64,000 bases of DNA from Actinomycetota bacterium (GCA_014360685.1 JACIXB010000011.1:195261-259260), one strand, 5' to 3'. Numbered from the stretch's first letter, positions 47,601-57,149 are shown. The notes: a model not told the origin generated them from the letters alone. Program-made: numbers and translations.

Positions 47601-48117
47601 TTCACCTCCTTTCATCCAGGGCGCCGGGATGCGCTTTCCAGGCAATATCAGGGCAGGCGAAGTTCAACCCTCTGTCTCGTCGGCTCTCATCCTCTCCGTC
47701 CTTTTTCGGTCGGGGAAGCAGAGGTAGGCGGAGGAGCCGGTCCCCTTCGTCCACCTCTGGTTCGCGGACGTTTCTGATGTCATCCCATCCCCGCCCCCAG
47801 CCTGTCTTCCAACTCGTTCATTCTCCATGAAATCCACTTTCCGTCTCCGCTTACCGACTGAACGTTCATCTTTGTCTGTTTTTCACGAATTTTACTTGAT
47901 AAAGAAGGAAAGCAGCGGGAGACCGCCGCTCCTTTCAAGCGTCCCGGACCGGCAGGCACCCCCCTGCCTTTCCCTTCCCCGGACCCGGCTTCCCCCCCGT
48001 GACCTCTTTCATCCCGTGGAAGCCGGAAAAACGAATGATTCACGCTCTCCCCCGTTCTTGACACTGGCGGGGCCTATAATCCATCTGACGGCGGAGGTTA
48101 AAGAGGGAAGGCCGGTG

Positions 48118-49479
48118 ATGAAGGCGGAGAAGGCGTATTATGTTTGCTCCGAGTGTGGGGAGGGCTCGGCGCAGTGGCTGGGCCGCTGCCCCGCCTGCGG
48201 CAGCTTCGGGACCATGGCCAGGGAGAGCCGGGAACCTCCCGGGCGACGTTCCGCGCTCTCCGCGGCCCGGCCCCTGCGTATGGTGGAGCTGGGTGACGAG
48301 GCTCCCCGGCTGCGGATAGGGATCCCGGAGCTGGACCGGGTACTCGGCGGAGGGGCGGTCCCGGGTTCCCTGGTCCTCCTGGGAGGAGAGCCCGGGATAG
48401 GAAAATCCACCCTCTTGCTCCAGGCGGCGCATGCCTTGAGCGCGGGCGGGGCGAGGGTGCTCCTGGTGAGCGGGGAGGAGTCCGCCTCCCAGATCGCCTC
48501 CCGGGCCCGGCGCATCGGTTGCCTCCACCCGGAACTCTACCTGCTGTGCGAGACGGACCTGGGAAGGGTGGAGGAAGTGGTCGGCGATCTGGAACCCCGG
48601 GTGGTGGTCCTGGATTCGCTCCAGACAGTGCGCTGCCCGGAGGTGGACTCCGCACCGGGAGGCGTAAGCCAGATGCGGGAGAGCGTCCTGCGCCTCCAGG
48701 TCCTGGCCAAGGAGAGCGGGGCAACGGTTTTCCTGGTGGGCCACGTGACCAAGGAAGGACTGCTGGCCGGGCCCCGCCTCGTGGAGCACATGGTGGACTG
48801 CGTCCTCTACTTCGAGGGCGAGCGTTTCGACTCCCTGCGCGTCCTGCGGGCGGTGAAGAACCGCTTCGGCTCGGTGAGCGAGGTGGGCATCTTCGAGATG
48901 ACCGACGGGGGGCTCCGGGAGGTTGAAGACCCCTCCCGGCATTTCCTGGACCGGCGTTCCGAGCCGGTATCCGGCACGGCGGCGGCGGTGGTCATGGAAG
49001 GCAGGCGACCCCTGGTGGTGGAAGTGCAGGCCCTGGTGGTGCCCTCCAAGCTCCCCGCCCCCAAGAGGGTTTCCACGGGCATAGACCAGCGCCGGCTGGC
49101 CATCGATGTGGCGGTGCTGGAGAGGAAGGGCAGGATAAAGCTGGATGACCGTGACGTTTACGTGGGCATATCGGGAGGGCTGCGCATCGTGGAGCCGGCC
49201 CTCGACCTGGCGGTTTGCGCCGCGGTGGCCTCCTCGCGCCGGGACCGGGCCCTGCCCGCGGGTACGGTGCTGGTGGGAGAGGTCAGCCTTACGGGCGAGG
49301 TCAGGCCGGTGTCCAGGATGGAGGAAAGGCTGCGGGAAGCCTCGCGCTTGGGCTTCACCAGGGCCGTGATCTCCGCCGGGTCGCACCGGCGTGCCCGCCT
49401 TTCGGGCATGGAGGCCGTCGAGGTGGAGGACGTGAAAGATACCCTCGTGTGCCTGGGAATCTACGCGCAGGACCGGTGA
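48118..49479 (+). CDS. radA: DNA repair protein RadA/Sms
   Basis: Zn-ribbon 'CSECGEGSAQWLGRCPACGS', Walker A 'GGEPGIGKSTLLLQ', 'KNRFG', Lon-like C-terminus. ATG at 48118 inside ORF-track 47827. Confidence 0.95.
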   Translation: MKAEKAYYVCSECGEGSAQWLGRCPACGSFGTMARESREPPGRRSALSAARPLRMVELGDEAPRLRIGIPELDRVLGGGAVPGSLVLLGGEPGIGKSTLLLQAAHALSAGGARVLLVSGEESASQIASRARRIGCLHPELYLLCETDLGRVEEVVGDLEPRVVVLDSLQTVRCPEVDSAPGGVSQMRESVLRLQVLAKESGATVFLVGHVTKEGLLAGPRLVEHMVDCVLYFEGERFDSLRVLRAVKNRFGSVSEVGIFEMTDGGLREVEDPSRHFLDRRSEPVSGTAAAVVMEGRRPLVVEVQALVVPSKLPAPKRVSTGIDQRRLAIDVAVLERKGRIKLDDRDVYVGISGGLRIVEPALDLAVCAAVASSRRDRALPAGTVLVGEVSLTGEVRPVSRMEERLREASRLGFTRAVISAGSHRRARLSGMEAVEVEDVKDTLVCLGIYAQDR

Positions 49480-49753
49480 CCGGGCGAACCGCGCCCTTCT
49501 TCCTCCCCCACCTACCTTTACCCGAAGGTCGTTTTCGGGTTCCTGAAGGGAGGGGATCGAGGCGCGTGCGGATAAAAGCCACCTTGCCCGGCGAGGCCTC
49601 CTCGGTGGGTGCGTTGTGTCCGTTTGGCGGGAGTACCGGCCGCGCATCAAGAAGCTCACGGCGCGAAGCGTTCCTGTTTCTCCGCGCTCTCGAGGTGTGA
49701 TATAAATGTTCTAGTAATCCTGCCTCGCCAAGCCGCATCCGGAAAAGGGTACC

Positions 49754-50827
49754 ATGGAAGGATACAGGAAGGACCGGGATTTCCTACACCTGCTGCGCCT
49801 GATCGCCCCGGGCACCGAGCTCCGGGAAGGATTGGGGCGCATCATAGCTTCCCACCTGGGGGCGCTCATCGTGGTGGGCGATGACGAGAAGGTGATGGAG
49901 GTGGTCAACGGGGGTGTGAACATCGACTGCGAGTTCACTGCTGCCAATTTATACCAGGTAACCAAGATGGACGGAGCGGTCATACTCGACGAGGGTTTAA
50001 GCCGCATACGTTTCGCCAACGTGCACCTTGTCCCCGATCCTTCCATACCTACCTCGGAAAGCGGGACCCGCCACCGCACCGCGGAGAGGGTGGCCCGGCA
50101 GACGGACAAGCTGGTCATCGCGGTTTCCGAGCGCATGGAAAGAGTTACCATGTACAAGGGGGATTGGAGCCACGTGGTTTTTCCGGTGCGCGTTCTCATC
50201 AGCAAGGCAAACCAGGCCCTGCAGACCTTGGAGAAGTACAAGTCGCGGCTGGACCAGGTCTCGGCCACCCTGAGCGCCCTGGAGTTCGAGGACCTGGTCA
50301 GCCTGCAGGACGTGGTGAGCGTCCTGCAGAGGGCGGAGATGATGCAGAGGATCGCCGAGGAGATAAGGGTCTACCTGGCCGAGTTGGGGGTGGAGGGCAG
50401 GCTGATAGAGCTCCAGCTGGAGGAGCTCATGACCGGCGTGGAGAGGGAGAAGAGAAACGTCATCCGCGACTACCGGCCGGATGGGGGAAAAACGGCGGAA
50501 GCCGTGGAACGCAGCCTGGGCCTGCTGAGCGAGGAAGAACTGCTGCGCCTCACCAGCGTGGCCCAGGCGCTCGGCTATTCCGGGGTCCACGACGAGCTGG
50601 ATCTGCCGCTCAAGCCGCGCGGATACCGGCTCCTGGAGAGGATCCCCCGCCTTCCCAGCTCGGTGGTGGAGAGGCTGGTGAAGAACTTCGGGGACCTGCA
50701 GAGCATAATGCAGGCCTCGGAGAAGATGCTGGAAGGAGTGGAAGGAGTGGGAAAGGCGCGCGCCCGGGCGGTAAAAGACGGTCTGCGGCGCATCGCCGAG
50801 GCTTCCCTGGTGGAGAGGTACGCCTGA
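49754..50827 (+). CDS. disA: DNA integrity scanning protein DisA (diadenylate cyclase)
   Basis: DAC motifs 'GALIVVG', 'DGAVILD', 'GTRHRTAERV'; C-terminal HhH 'LLERIPRLPSSVVERLV..FG'. Confidence 0.93.
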   Translation: MEGYRKDRDFLHLLRLIAPGTELREGLGRIIASHLGALIVVGDDEKVMEVVNGGVNIDCEFTAANLYQVTKMDGAVILDEGLSRIRFANVHLVPDPSIPTSESGTRHRTAERVARQTDKLVIAVSERMERVTMYKGDWSHVVFPVRVLISKANQALQTLEKYKSRLDQVSATLSALEFEDLVSLQDVVSVLQRAEMMQRIAEEIRVYLAELGVEGRLIELQLEELMTGVEREKRNVIRDYRPDGGKTAEAVERSLGLLSEEELLRLTSVAQALGYSGVHDELDLPLKPRGYRLLERIPRLPSSVVERLVKNFGDLQSIMQASEKMLEGVEGVGKARARAVKDGLRRIAEASLVERYA

Positions 50828-50898
50828 CCGGGATGCGCGGAAAACGGCTCCATAAAACAAGATTCGGGTAAATGGCAAATTATAACATTTTACTGCGT

Positions 50899-50928
50899 TT
50901 GACACCGGGAAAAACGCACCCCTATAAT
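50899..50928 (+). promoter_or_regulatory. Candidate promoter (TTGACA, 18-nt spacer, TATAAT)
   Basis: Hexamers at 50899-50904 and 50923-50928, 30 nt upstream of the 131-aa ORF. Confidence 0.5.
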
Positions 50929-50957
50929 TAGTTAGACCCTTTAACGGAGGTCGTCAG

Positions 50958-51353
50958 ATGCGGGAAGCCGATTGCGCGGAATTTCAGAAGACGGTATCCG
51001 AATACTTGGTTCGCAATCGAAGTATTCTGGACGTAATGACCAAGCTTCAGGACGCCGCCACCAGGGTGAACCGGGCGTTGGCCAAAACGGTAACCTCCTG
51101 CGGTTGTCTGCGCATCGAGGCCAGCAAGCAGGAATTGCCGGCCGATGTAAGTTTTTCCCATGTAGCCAATTACGTTAAGAGCCACATCGAGGGTAAACTC
51201 TGCCCCAACTGCGCGGACGTCATCGAGACCGAACTGGGTAACGCGCTGTTCTACCTGGCGGCCATCTGTTGCCTGCTGGAGCTGGATTTCAAGAGTGTTC
51301 TGGAAAGGGAAAACGACCGGATTAGGACCCTGGGAGTTTACAGCCTTACCTGA
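50958..51353 (+). CDS. Hypothetical Cys-rich protein (131 aa); the C-terminal helix resembles MazG-type NTP-pyrophosphohydrolases
   Basis: GGAGG 8 nt upstream of the ATG. 'SCGC' and 'CPNC' pairs. 'ELGNALFYLAAICCLLELDF' recalls the MazG 'EELGD.LF.L' helix. Confidence 0.6.
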   Translation: MREADCAEFQKTVSEYLVRNRSILDVMTKLQDAATRVNRALAKTVTSCGCLRIEASKQELPADVSFSHVANYVKSHIEGKLCPNCADVIETELGNALFYLAAICCLLELDFKSVLERENDRIRTLGVYSLT

Positions 51354-51529
51354 TCGAGGCGGAGATTCAGCGGCGGCTGATTTCCGGGTTCCAGGCTTGA
51401 GACGCAGCGCATGAGGTATCTGGCCGAAAAGTCGTGAGTCCAGACCCCAAGAGAGCCACCCCGTTTCCACGAGGTCACCGAGGCATGGAAAGGGCTGGGC
51501 CACTCGGTATGTCTGGAGAGGTGATAGGA

Positions 51530-52015
51530 ATGTTCAAGGTAGGAGACGTGGTCGTTTACCCCCAGCACGGAGCGGGCATCATCGAGGAGTTGACGGAGAC
51601 CCTGGTGGAAGGCGAGAAGAGGACCTATTTCGTCCTCCGCATGTGCCAGGGAAACCTCAAGGTGATGGTACCGGCGGACAACACGGAGGAGGTGGGCCTC
51701 CGGAGGGTCATAAGCAAGGAGGAAGTGAACAAGGTATTCGAGGTCCTCAGCGCGGAATGCACTCCCATGCCCAGCAACTGGAATCACCGTTACAAGAAGA
51801 ACCGGGACAAGCTGCGCAGCGGGGACATCTTCCAGGTGGCCGAAGTGGTCCGCAACCTCACGGTCAGGGACATGGAGAAGGGGCTTTCATCCGGCGAAAA
51901 GCGCATGCTGAACCAGGCGCGCGAGATACTGGCCAGCGAGCTCATGTACGCGGTGGAGGTGGAGGTCGACGAGGCCCTGCGCATGATCGAGGAGGTCTTC
52001 ACCTCGTCTTCCTGA
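51530..52015 (+). CDS. carD: CarD-family RNA-polymerase-binding transcription regulator
   Basis: 'FKVGDVVVYPQHGAGII......EGEKR.YFVLR'. ATG at 51530 inside ORF-track 51434. Confidence 0.9.
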   Translation: MFKVGDVVVYPQHGAGIIEELTETLVEGEKRTYFVLRMCQGNLKVMVPADNTEEVGLRRVISKEEVNKVFEVLSAECTPMPSNWNHRYKKNRDKLRSGDIFQVAEVVRNLTVRDMEKGLSSGEKRMLNQAREILASELMYAVEVEVDEALRMIEEVFTSSS

Positions 52016-52162
52016 CGGGGGAACGGGGTGTTAAAATTTACTTGTCCGCCTCGCAACCGGCTTCTAATCATATGTTTCATCCGCCGGTGAGGGAGACGGA
52101 AAGTCAGGTGTAAAAAGCGAGGAAAGGAGGGTTGCCTCACCCCGGGGGGGAGAAAAGGTTTC

Positions 52163-53227
52163 ATGGTAGTCCTGATCGTCCGGCTGATATTCATGGTCGT
52201 CGGGGGAATCGGGGGCTACGAGCTCGGGGAGCTGCTGGAGAGGTCCTACCTCCAGAACCTGGATCCAACTTATTCCATCATCGGCTTCATAGTTTCCGTC
52301 ATCGTCTGCGTGGGACTGGGCTTCGTCATCGGTGGGGCCGCCGGCAGATACACCGCCAAGCTGCTCAACCGCTTCGAGGTGGCCATCCAGGACATCCCGG
52401 GCACCGATCTGCTCATGGGCGCGGTGGGCATAATCGCCGGCTTCCTGATCGCCTTTTTGCCCTCGATGATCCTCTTCCGCTCCTACCCGGGGTGGGTTTT
52501 CGCCCTCATCCTTTACACGGTATGCGGGGTTATCGGCTACATCGTGGCCGTGCAGAAGAAGGACGACCTGATCGCCCTGTTCCGTCCTTCCCGCCACTAC
52601 GTCTCCTCGGAAGAGCAAAGGAAAGCGGTTGACGCCCGCATCCTGGATACCAGCGCCATCGTGGACGGCCGCATAGCGGATATATGTTACACGGGCTTCC
52701 TGGAGGGCCAGCTGGTGGTCCCGCGTTTCGTCCTCGACGAGCTCCAGGCGGTGGCGGATTCCGAGGACCCGCTGAAAAGGAACCGGGGGCGCAGGGGCCT
52801 GGAGGTCCTGAACGACCTGCAGCGGCAGGAATACGTGGAAGTGCGCATCGAGGAGAGGGATTTCCCCGAGCTCTCCGGCGTGGACACCAAGCTGGTGGCC
52901 CTGGCCAAGGCCCTGAACCTCCCCATCATGACCACCGACTTCAACCTCAACAAGATCGCGGAACTCCAGGGAGTGAGGGTCCTCAACGTCAACGAGCTGG
53001 CCAATTCGTTGAAGCCCGTGGTCCTTCCCGGGGAGACCCTTACCCTGACCCTTATAAGGGAGGGGAAGGAGCCCGGCCAGGGAGTGGGCTACCTGGACGA
53101 CGGGACCATGGTGGTGGTGGAAGGGGGGAAGAAGTACATCGGCAAGGAGGTTCGTACCGTGGTCACCAGCACCCTGCAGACCGCGGCGGGGAGGATGATC
53201 TTCGCCTCCATGGGGAACCGTGAGTGA
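52163..53227 (+). CDS. PIN/TRAM-domain membrane-anchored protein (YacL-like)
   Basis: N-terminal TM helices, PIN 'ILDTSAIVDGRI', 'MTTDFNLNK', C-terminal TRAM-like beta region. Conserved position before ispD. Confidence 0.85.
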   Translation: MVVLIVRLIFMVVGGIGGYELGELLERSYLQNLDPTYSIIGFIVSVIVCVGLGFVIGGAAGRYTAKLLNRFEVAIQDIPGTDLLMGAVGIIAGFLIAFLPSMILFRSYPGWVFALILYTVCGVIGYIVAVQKKDDLIALFRPSRHYVSSEEQRKAVDARILDTSAIVDGRIADICYTGFLEGQLVVPRFVLDELQAVADSEDPLKRNRGRRGLEVLNDLQRQEYVEVRIEERDFPELSGVDTKLVALAKALNLPIMTTDFNLNKIAELQGVRVLNVNELANSLKPVVLPGETLTLTLIREGKEPGQGVGYLDDGTMVVVEGGKKYIGKEVRTVVTSTLQTAAGRMIFASMGNRE

Positions 53228-53405
53228 GGGGGATGAGACGGTTGCGCCGGGAGCCGGTGCCGAGAGGAGGTGGAGCGGGGTGCGGGCCGGTTGGGGGTCA
53301 AGGCGGCCGGAGGGAGGGTCGGCCTGGGCGCAACCCGGACATCGAGCGGGAATGCAAGCTCCCCGAGGGGGAGACCGAGTAACCCGGAAGGAGGTTTGAC
53401 CGGGA

Positions 53406-54131
53406 ATGAAAGCCGGCGCCGTGGTGGCCGGAGCGGGAAAGGGAGAGAGGGTGGGCCTGCCGGAGGGGAAGCAGTTTCACAGGCTGGCCGGCATCCCCGT
53501 CCTGGCGCGTTCCCTCCTCAACCTGGAGGCGGTGGAGGAGATCGAGGAGATAGTCCTGGTGGTCAACGCGGAAGAGATCAAGCACGCCGAGGAGGAGATC
53601 ATTTCAGCCTACAACCTGAGCAAGGTGAGCATGGTGGTGGCGGGTGGGGAGTACCGGCAGGAGTCGGTGTTCAACGCCCTGCGCTCCATCTCCGGTCCCG
53701 TGGATTACATCGTTATCCACGACGGAGCTCGCCCCTTGGCCACCCCGGGGCTTTTCCGCCGCACCCTGAAGGCCCTGCGCGACGCGGAATGCGAAGGGGT
53801 CATCACCGCCGTACCGGTGGTGGACACGGTCAAGGAGGTGGAGGGGGGTTGGGTGTTGAGGACCCCCGACCGCCGGCGCCTTTGGGCGGTACAGACACCA
53901 CAGTGTTTCCGGGCTCCGGCCCTGCTGGACGCCCACGAACGGGCCTTCCGGGAGGGGGTTTGGGCCACCGACGACGCCGCCCTGCTGGAGAGGTACCGAT
54001 ACCGGGTCCGCGTGGTGGAGGGGGAGGTGACCAACATCAAGATCACCTATCCTTCGGACATCCTCATCGCCGAGGCGCTGCTGGAGAGAGGAGGATTGCA
54101 GGTTGTCTTGCCGGGTGGGTCTGGGGTTTGA
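53406..54131 (+). CDS. ispD: 2-C-methyl-D-erythritol 4-phosphate cytidylyltransferase
   Basis: 'AVVAGAGKGERVG', 'VIHDGARP', 'VDTVK', 'QTPQ.F', 'TDDA.L.E'. Confidence 0.92.
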   Translation: MKAGAVVAGAGKGERVGLPEGKQFHRLAGIPVLARSLLNLEAVEEIEEIVLVVNAEEIKHAEEEIISAYNLSKVSMVVAGGEYRQESVFNALRSISGPVDYIVIHDGARPLATPGLFRRTLKALRDAECEGVITAVPVVDTVKEVEGGWVLRTPDRRRLWAVQTPQCFRAPALLDAHERAFREGVWATDDAALLERYRYRVRVVEGEVTNIKITYPSDILIAEALLERGGLQVVLPGGSGV

Positions 54132-54591
54132 CGCCCACTCCTTCGCGGAGGGGAGGAGGTTGGTCCTGGGAGGGGTGCAGATCCCCCACCCGTTGGGCCT
54201 GGCCGGTCATTCCGACGCCGACGTGCTGGTCCACGCCGTGATGGATGCCCTCCTCGGGGCCTGCGGGGAGAGGGACATAGGGGTCAGGTTCCCGGACAGC
54301 GATCCCACTTTCCGGGACATCTCCAGCCTCGTCCTCCTGGAGGAGGTCATGGGCGTGGTCTCGGAGCGCGGCTGCCGCGTATTGAACGTGGACTGCGTGC
54401 TGGTGGCCCAGGAGCCCCGGCTGTCTCCCTACATAGAGGATATGAGGAAACGACTGGCCTTCGTCCTCCGCGTCCCGGAAAACAGGGTGGGTATCAAGGC
54501 CACCACCACCGAGGGCATGGGCTTCACCGGCCGCGGCGAAGGAATCGCCGCCATGGCCGTTGCCCTGGTGGAGGAGGTCAACTCCCTTTGA
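54103..54591 (+). CDS. ispF: 2-C-methyl-D-erythritol 2,4-cyclodiphosphate synthase
   Basis: 'GLGFDAHSF', 'GHSDADVLVHA', 'DIG..FPDSDP..', 'KATTTEGMGFTG'. TTG start after GAGAGGAGGA. 29-nt overlap with ispD. Confidence 0.92.
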   Translation: MSCRVGLGFDAHSFAEGRRLVLGGVQIPHPLGLAGHSDADVLVHAVMDALLGACGERDIGVRFPDSDPTFRDISSLVLLEEVMGVVSERGCRVLNVDCVLVAQEPRLSPYIEDMRKRLAFVLRVPENRVGIKATTTEGMGFTGRGEGIAAMAVALVEEVNSL

Positions 54592-54826
54592 CCCCAAGGC
54601 ACTCCGATCATTGCGGCACCGGGACCATATCCCGGGCCGGAGAGCGCCGGGCACTACACCGGAGCGTGTGCGGGGGTCGTCACCGGACGGGCGGCCGGTG
54701 GGTCGCGGCGGGCTGGGGGTACGCAAGCGCGGCGCCCTTGACCCGGTATCCGGCAAGGTATCTCCTGGGAATAAATGGAATATATTGCCCGCCGACCGGC
54801 GGCGTGATCGGGGCCTGGTTACGGGC

Positions 54827-55384
54827 TCATAGGCCGAGGCGGTCGGATATCCCCTGCATGGCTTCCAGGGCCAGGGATAGGAACTTGTCCAGGTCAAATC
54901 CCGCCTGCTCGCATTCCATGATCACCTCGCGGCGGGCTCCCCGGGCGAAGGCCTTCTCCTTCATCCGCTTGCGCAGGGATTTCACCTTGACCCCGGAGAG
55001 CTTCTTTTCCGGCAGGACCAGGGCGGCGGCCACGATGAGGCCGGTCACCGTTTCCGCCGCGGCCAGGGCGTGCTGGAAGACGGTGGTCCGTTCTCCAAGC
55101 CCCAGGCCCTCGGCATTGTGCATGCGAACCGCCTCCACCACTTCGGGAGAAATCCCCCTTTCGGCCAGCAGCCTCGCGGCCGTGTCGCCGTGCACGCTCA
55201 TGTCGTTACCGCATATTTCCAGGTCCAGGTCGTGCAGAAGGCCGGCCAGCCCCCAGAGCTCCTCGTCCTCTCCCAGGTCCCGCGCCAAGCGGCGCATGAC
55301 AGCCTCCGCGGCGTAGCAATGCTTACGCAGGTTTTCCGCCTTCAGGTTCTCGTGCAGCAGCTCCAGCGCCTCTTCCCTACGCAT
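54827..55384 (-). CDS. HD-domain metal-dependent phosphohydrolase
   Basis: 'LRKHCYAAEAVMR...LAGLLHDLD' (H...HD). ATG at 55384 preferred over ORF-track 55435. Confidence 0.72.
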   Translation of the reverse strand: MRREEALELLHENLKAENLRKHCYAAEAVMRRLARDLGEDEELWGLAGLLHDLDLEICGNDMSVHGDTAARLLAERGISPEVVEAVRMHNAEGLGLGERTTVFQHALAAAETVTGLIVAAALVLPEKKLSGVKVKSLRKRMKEKAFARGARREVIMECEQAGFDLDKFLSLALEAMQGISDRLGL

Positions 55385-56005
55385 CGCACCTCCTGTTTCC
55401 GTGCCGGCACTACTCCGTACGCAACATTTTGCCATGCCGCGCCCTTCCCTGCAGCGTTGGCCATCTTCCTCTTTCCCTCTTCGAGGTCTTCGCTTCGGAT
55501 ACCAAATGTATTACTATGGATTCCAGCAAGAAAGATCATCCCTTTACCTGTTTTAGCTTGCTTTTCCGAGATGGGGTGTCTCTCGATCATTGTAACCCTG
55601 AAAGCGCCTGGGGAAACGAAACAGCATCCCATCTTCCATTCCCCTCGTCTCGGCCATGCGGCCGGGAAGCGGGCCCCGATTTCAGGGTAAGCGCTGACGT
55701 GGGAACCCTGGAATTTTTGCCATCCGCGGATCTCGAGGGTCCTTTTGAGCTGCGCAGGAAACGTGACCTCGCTTTAAAGGGAAAAATCGCCGTACAATCC
55801 CAGGTTTCACGCTCATTTACCCTGGATTGAAGAGTAACCCTCGATTTTTTTAAAAATCCAGGCGAACCCCGAGCCATCTTACGTATGAGCTTGGCGTTGT
55901 GCGTTCAAGTGGGCGTCTTCCATGTTTGATGCAGAAGGTTAGACGGCCGTTCGCTTCCGTAAACATCTTCCCGAAACAAGCAGTATGGCTCGGGCTTAGG
56001 GACGG

Positions 56006-56034
56006 TTGACAATCCGTAAAAACCGGGGTATAAA
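56006..56034 (+). promoter_or_regulatory. Candidate promoter (TTGACA, 17-nt spacer, TATAAA)
   Basis: Hexamers read directly at 56006-56011 and 56029-56034. Confidence 0.5.
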
Positions 56035-56050
56035 ATCATGCATCGATAGA

Positions 56051-56068
56051 TGAGTGAGTACTCACTCA
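56051..56068. promoter_or_regulatory. Perfect 18-bp palindrome TGAGTGAGTACTCACTCA; candidate TetR operator
   Basis: Read directly. It begins 17 nt after the -10 box. Confidence 0.6.
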
Positions 56069-56242
56069 ACAAATGCAGGCCGGCCGGTTGGACGAACAAG
56101 GGAGTTCCAAGCCGGCGTTTGGGGGCACGCCGGGAGGGCGCGTGTTTGTGGGGTAGCCCCGGGAAGGTTGCTCGCGGAACACGGCCCCTATCCCCGGTGC
56201 GGCACTGTGTTTCTCCCTCTACGTCCCCGCCTCTCAGCGGTA

Positions 56243-56920
56243 ATGGGGGAAAGCGTGAAGCGGGCTACGGCGAAAAGCGGTGGAAATAAGGTCCGGAAGG
56301 GGGCTCGCGCCAAGGAGGATGAGCTCCGGGAGGAGTCCGGGGTCGCCTCCATCGGGATCGACCGGCGCACCCGGATAATCCTCTCCTGTATCGACGTCTT
56401 CTCGCGCACCAATTACGAGAGGGCCACCACGGCCATGCTGGCCCGCGAGGCGGGGGTGGCGGAGGGGACCATCTACAAGTACTTTCCAAGCAAGAAGGAG
56501 CTCTTTCTCGCCTGCTGCCGGTACATAGAGGACCAGCTTCTGCAGCGTTACCGCGCCGTTTACCGCCAGTACCGGGACCGGCCCCTGGAATCGCTCAAGA
56601 GGGTGGGCCAGAGCTACCTGGATTTCATCCGGGAGAACCCCACCATGCGCAAGTTCCTGGCCTTCGTCCTCAACAACAGCTACGACGAGGATTTCCTGAG
56701 GGAGCTGGAGGGTTTTCTCACCGTGAACCGCTTGGCGGTGGAGGAATTGATCAGGGAGGCCCAGAAGAGGGGGGAGCTCCGGGAAAGCATCGACCCCCGG
56801 ATAGGTGCCTGGTTCTTCGTGGGTGGTTATTTCACCCTCATCCTCATGGCCGAGATGGACGAGGAAGCGGTGAACGACCCGGAGTTCATGGAAAAGTACA
56901 TGGCGCCCATGCTCTCCTGA
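56243..56920 (+). CDS. TetR/AcrR-family transcriptional regulator
   Basis: HTH 'YERATTAMLAREAGVAEGTIYKYFPSKKELF'. ATG at 56243 (or GTG at 56255) inside ORF-track 56054. Confidence 0.85.
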   Translation: MGESVKRATAKSGGNKVRKGARAKEDELREESGVASIGIDRRTRIILSCIDVFSRTNYERATTAMLAREAGVAEGTIYKYFPSKKELFLACCRYIEDQLLQRYRAVYRQYRDRPLESLKRVGQSYLDFIRENPTMRKFLAFVLNNSYDEDFLRELEGFLTVNRLAVEELIREAQKRGELRESIDPRIGAWFFVGGYFTLILMAEMDEEAVNDPEFMEKYMAPMLS

Positions 56921-57053
56921 CCGGGCTATGCTTCGCGATGGTGGCCGGGCAATGCCCGGGAAGGGTGGCCGGGGGATGCATCCCAGGGGACTTGAGGCGG
57001 GGAAGGTATGGGGCGCGGCGAGGACCCGGGGCCCGCTCTCCGCCCGGGGAATG

Positions 57054-57149
57054 TGGAAGAGGAAGCGGTGAACGACCCGGAGTTCCTGGAAAAGTACATG
57101 GCGCCCGCGTTTTCCTGGGCGTTCACCTGGGGAATGGGAAAGGGGTGAT
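57054..57149 (+). pseudogene. Duplicated fragment of the TetR gene 3' end (relic C-terminus)
   Basis: 57059-57106 matches 56861-56908 with 1 mismatch in 48 nt. In frame it reads 'EEEAVNDPEFLEKYMAP', versus 'DEEAVNDPEFMEKYMAP' at the TetR C-terminus. The frame stops at 57147-57149, 4 nt before the ligase ATG. Confidence 0.6.

Noticed and set aside
47827-48117. 97-codon N-terminal extension of radA, and similar extensions of rpmE, prfA, carD, greA, lysA, nfo, hom, the chelatase-like gene and the DRTGG protein in the ORF track
   Set aside because: The family-typical N-termini begin at internal ATG/GTG/TTG codons preceded by GGAGG-like sites. The extensions are low-complexity and overlap upstream genes or promoters.
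56100-56200. SRP (4.5S) RNA-like 'CCCGGGAAGG' segment in the TetR leader
   Set aside because: Only the GGAA tetraloop-like string matches. The flanking conserved 'AGGUCCGGAAGGAAGCAGCC'-type sequence and the symmetric-loop partners are missing.
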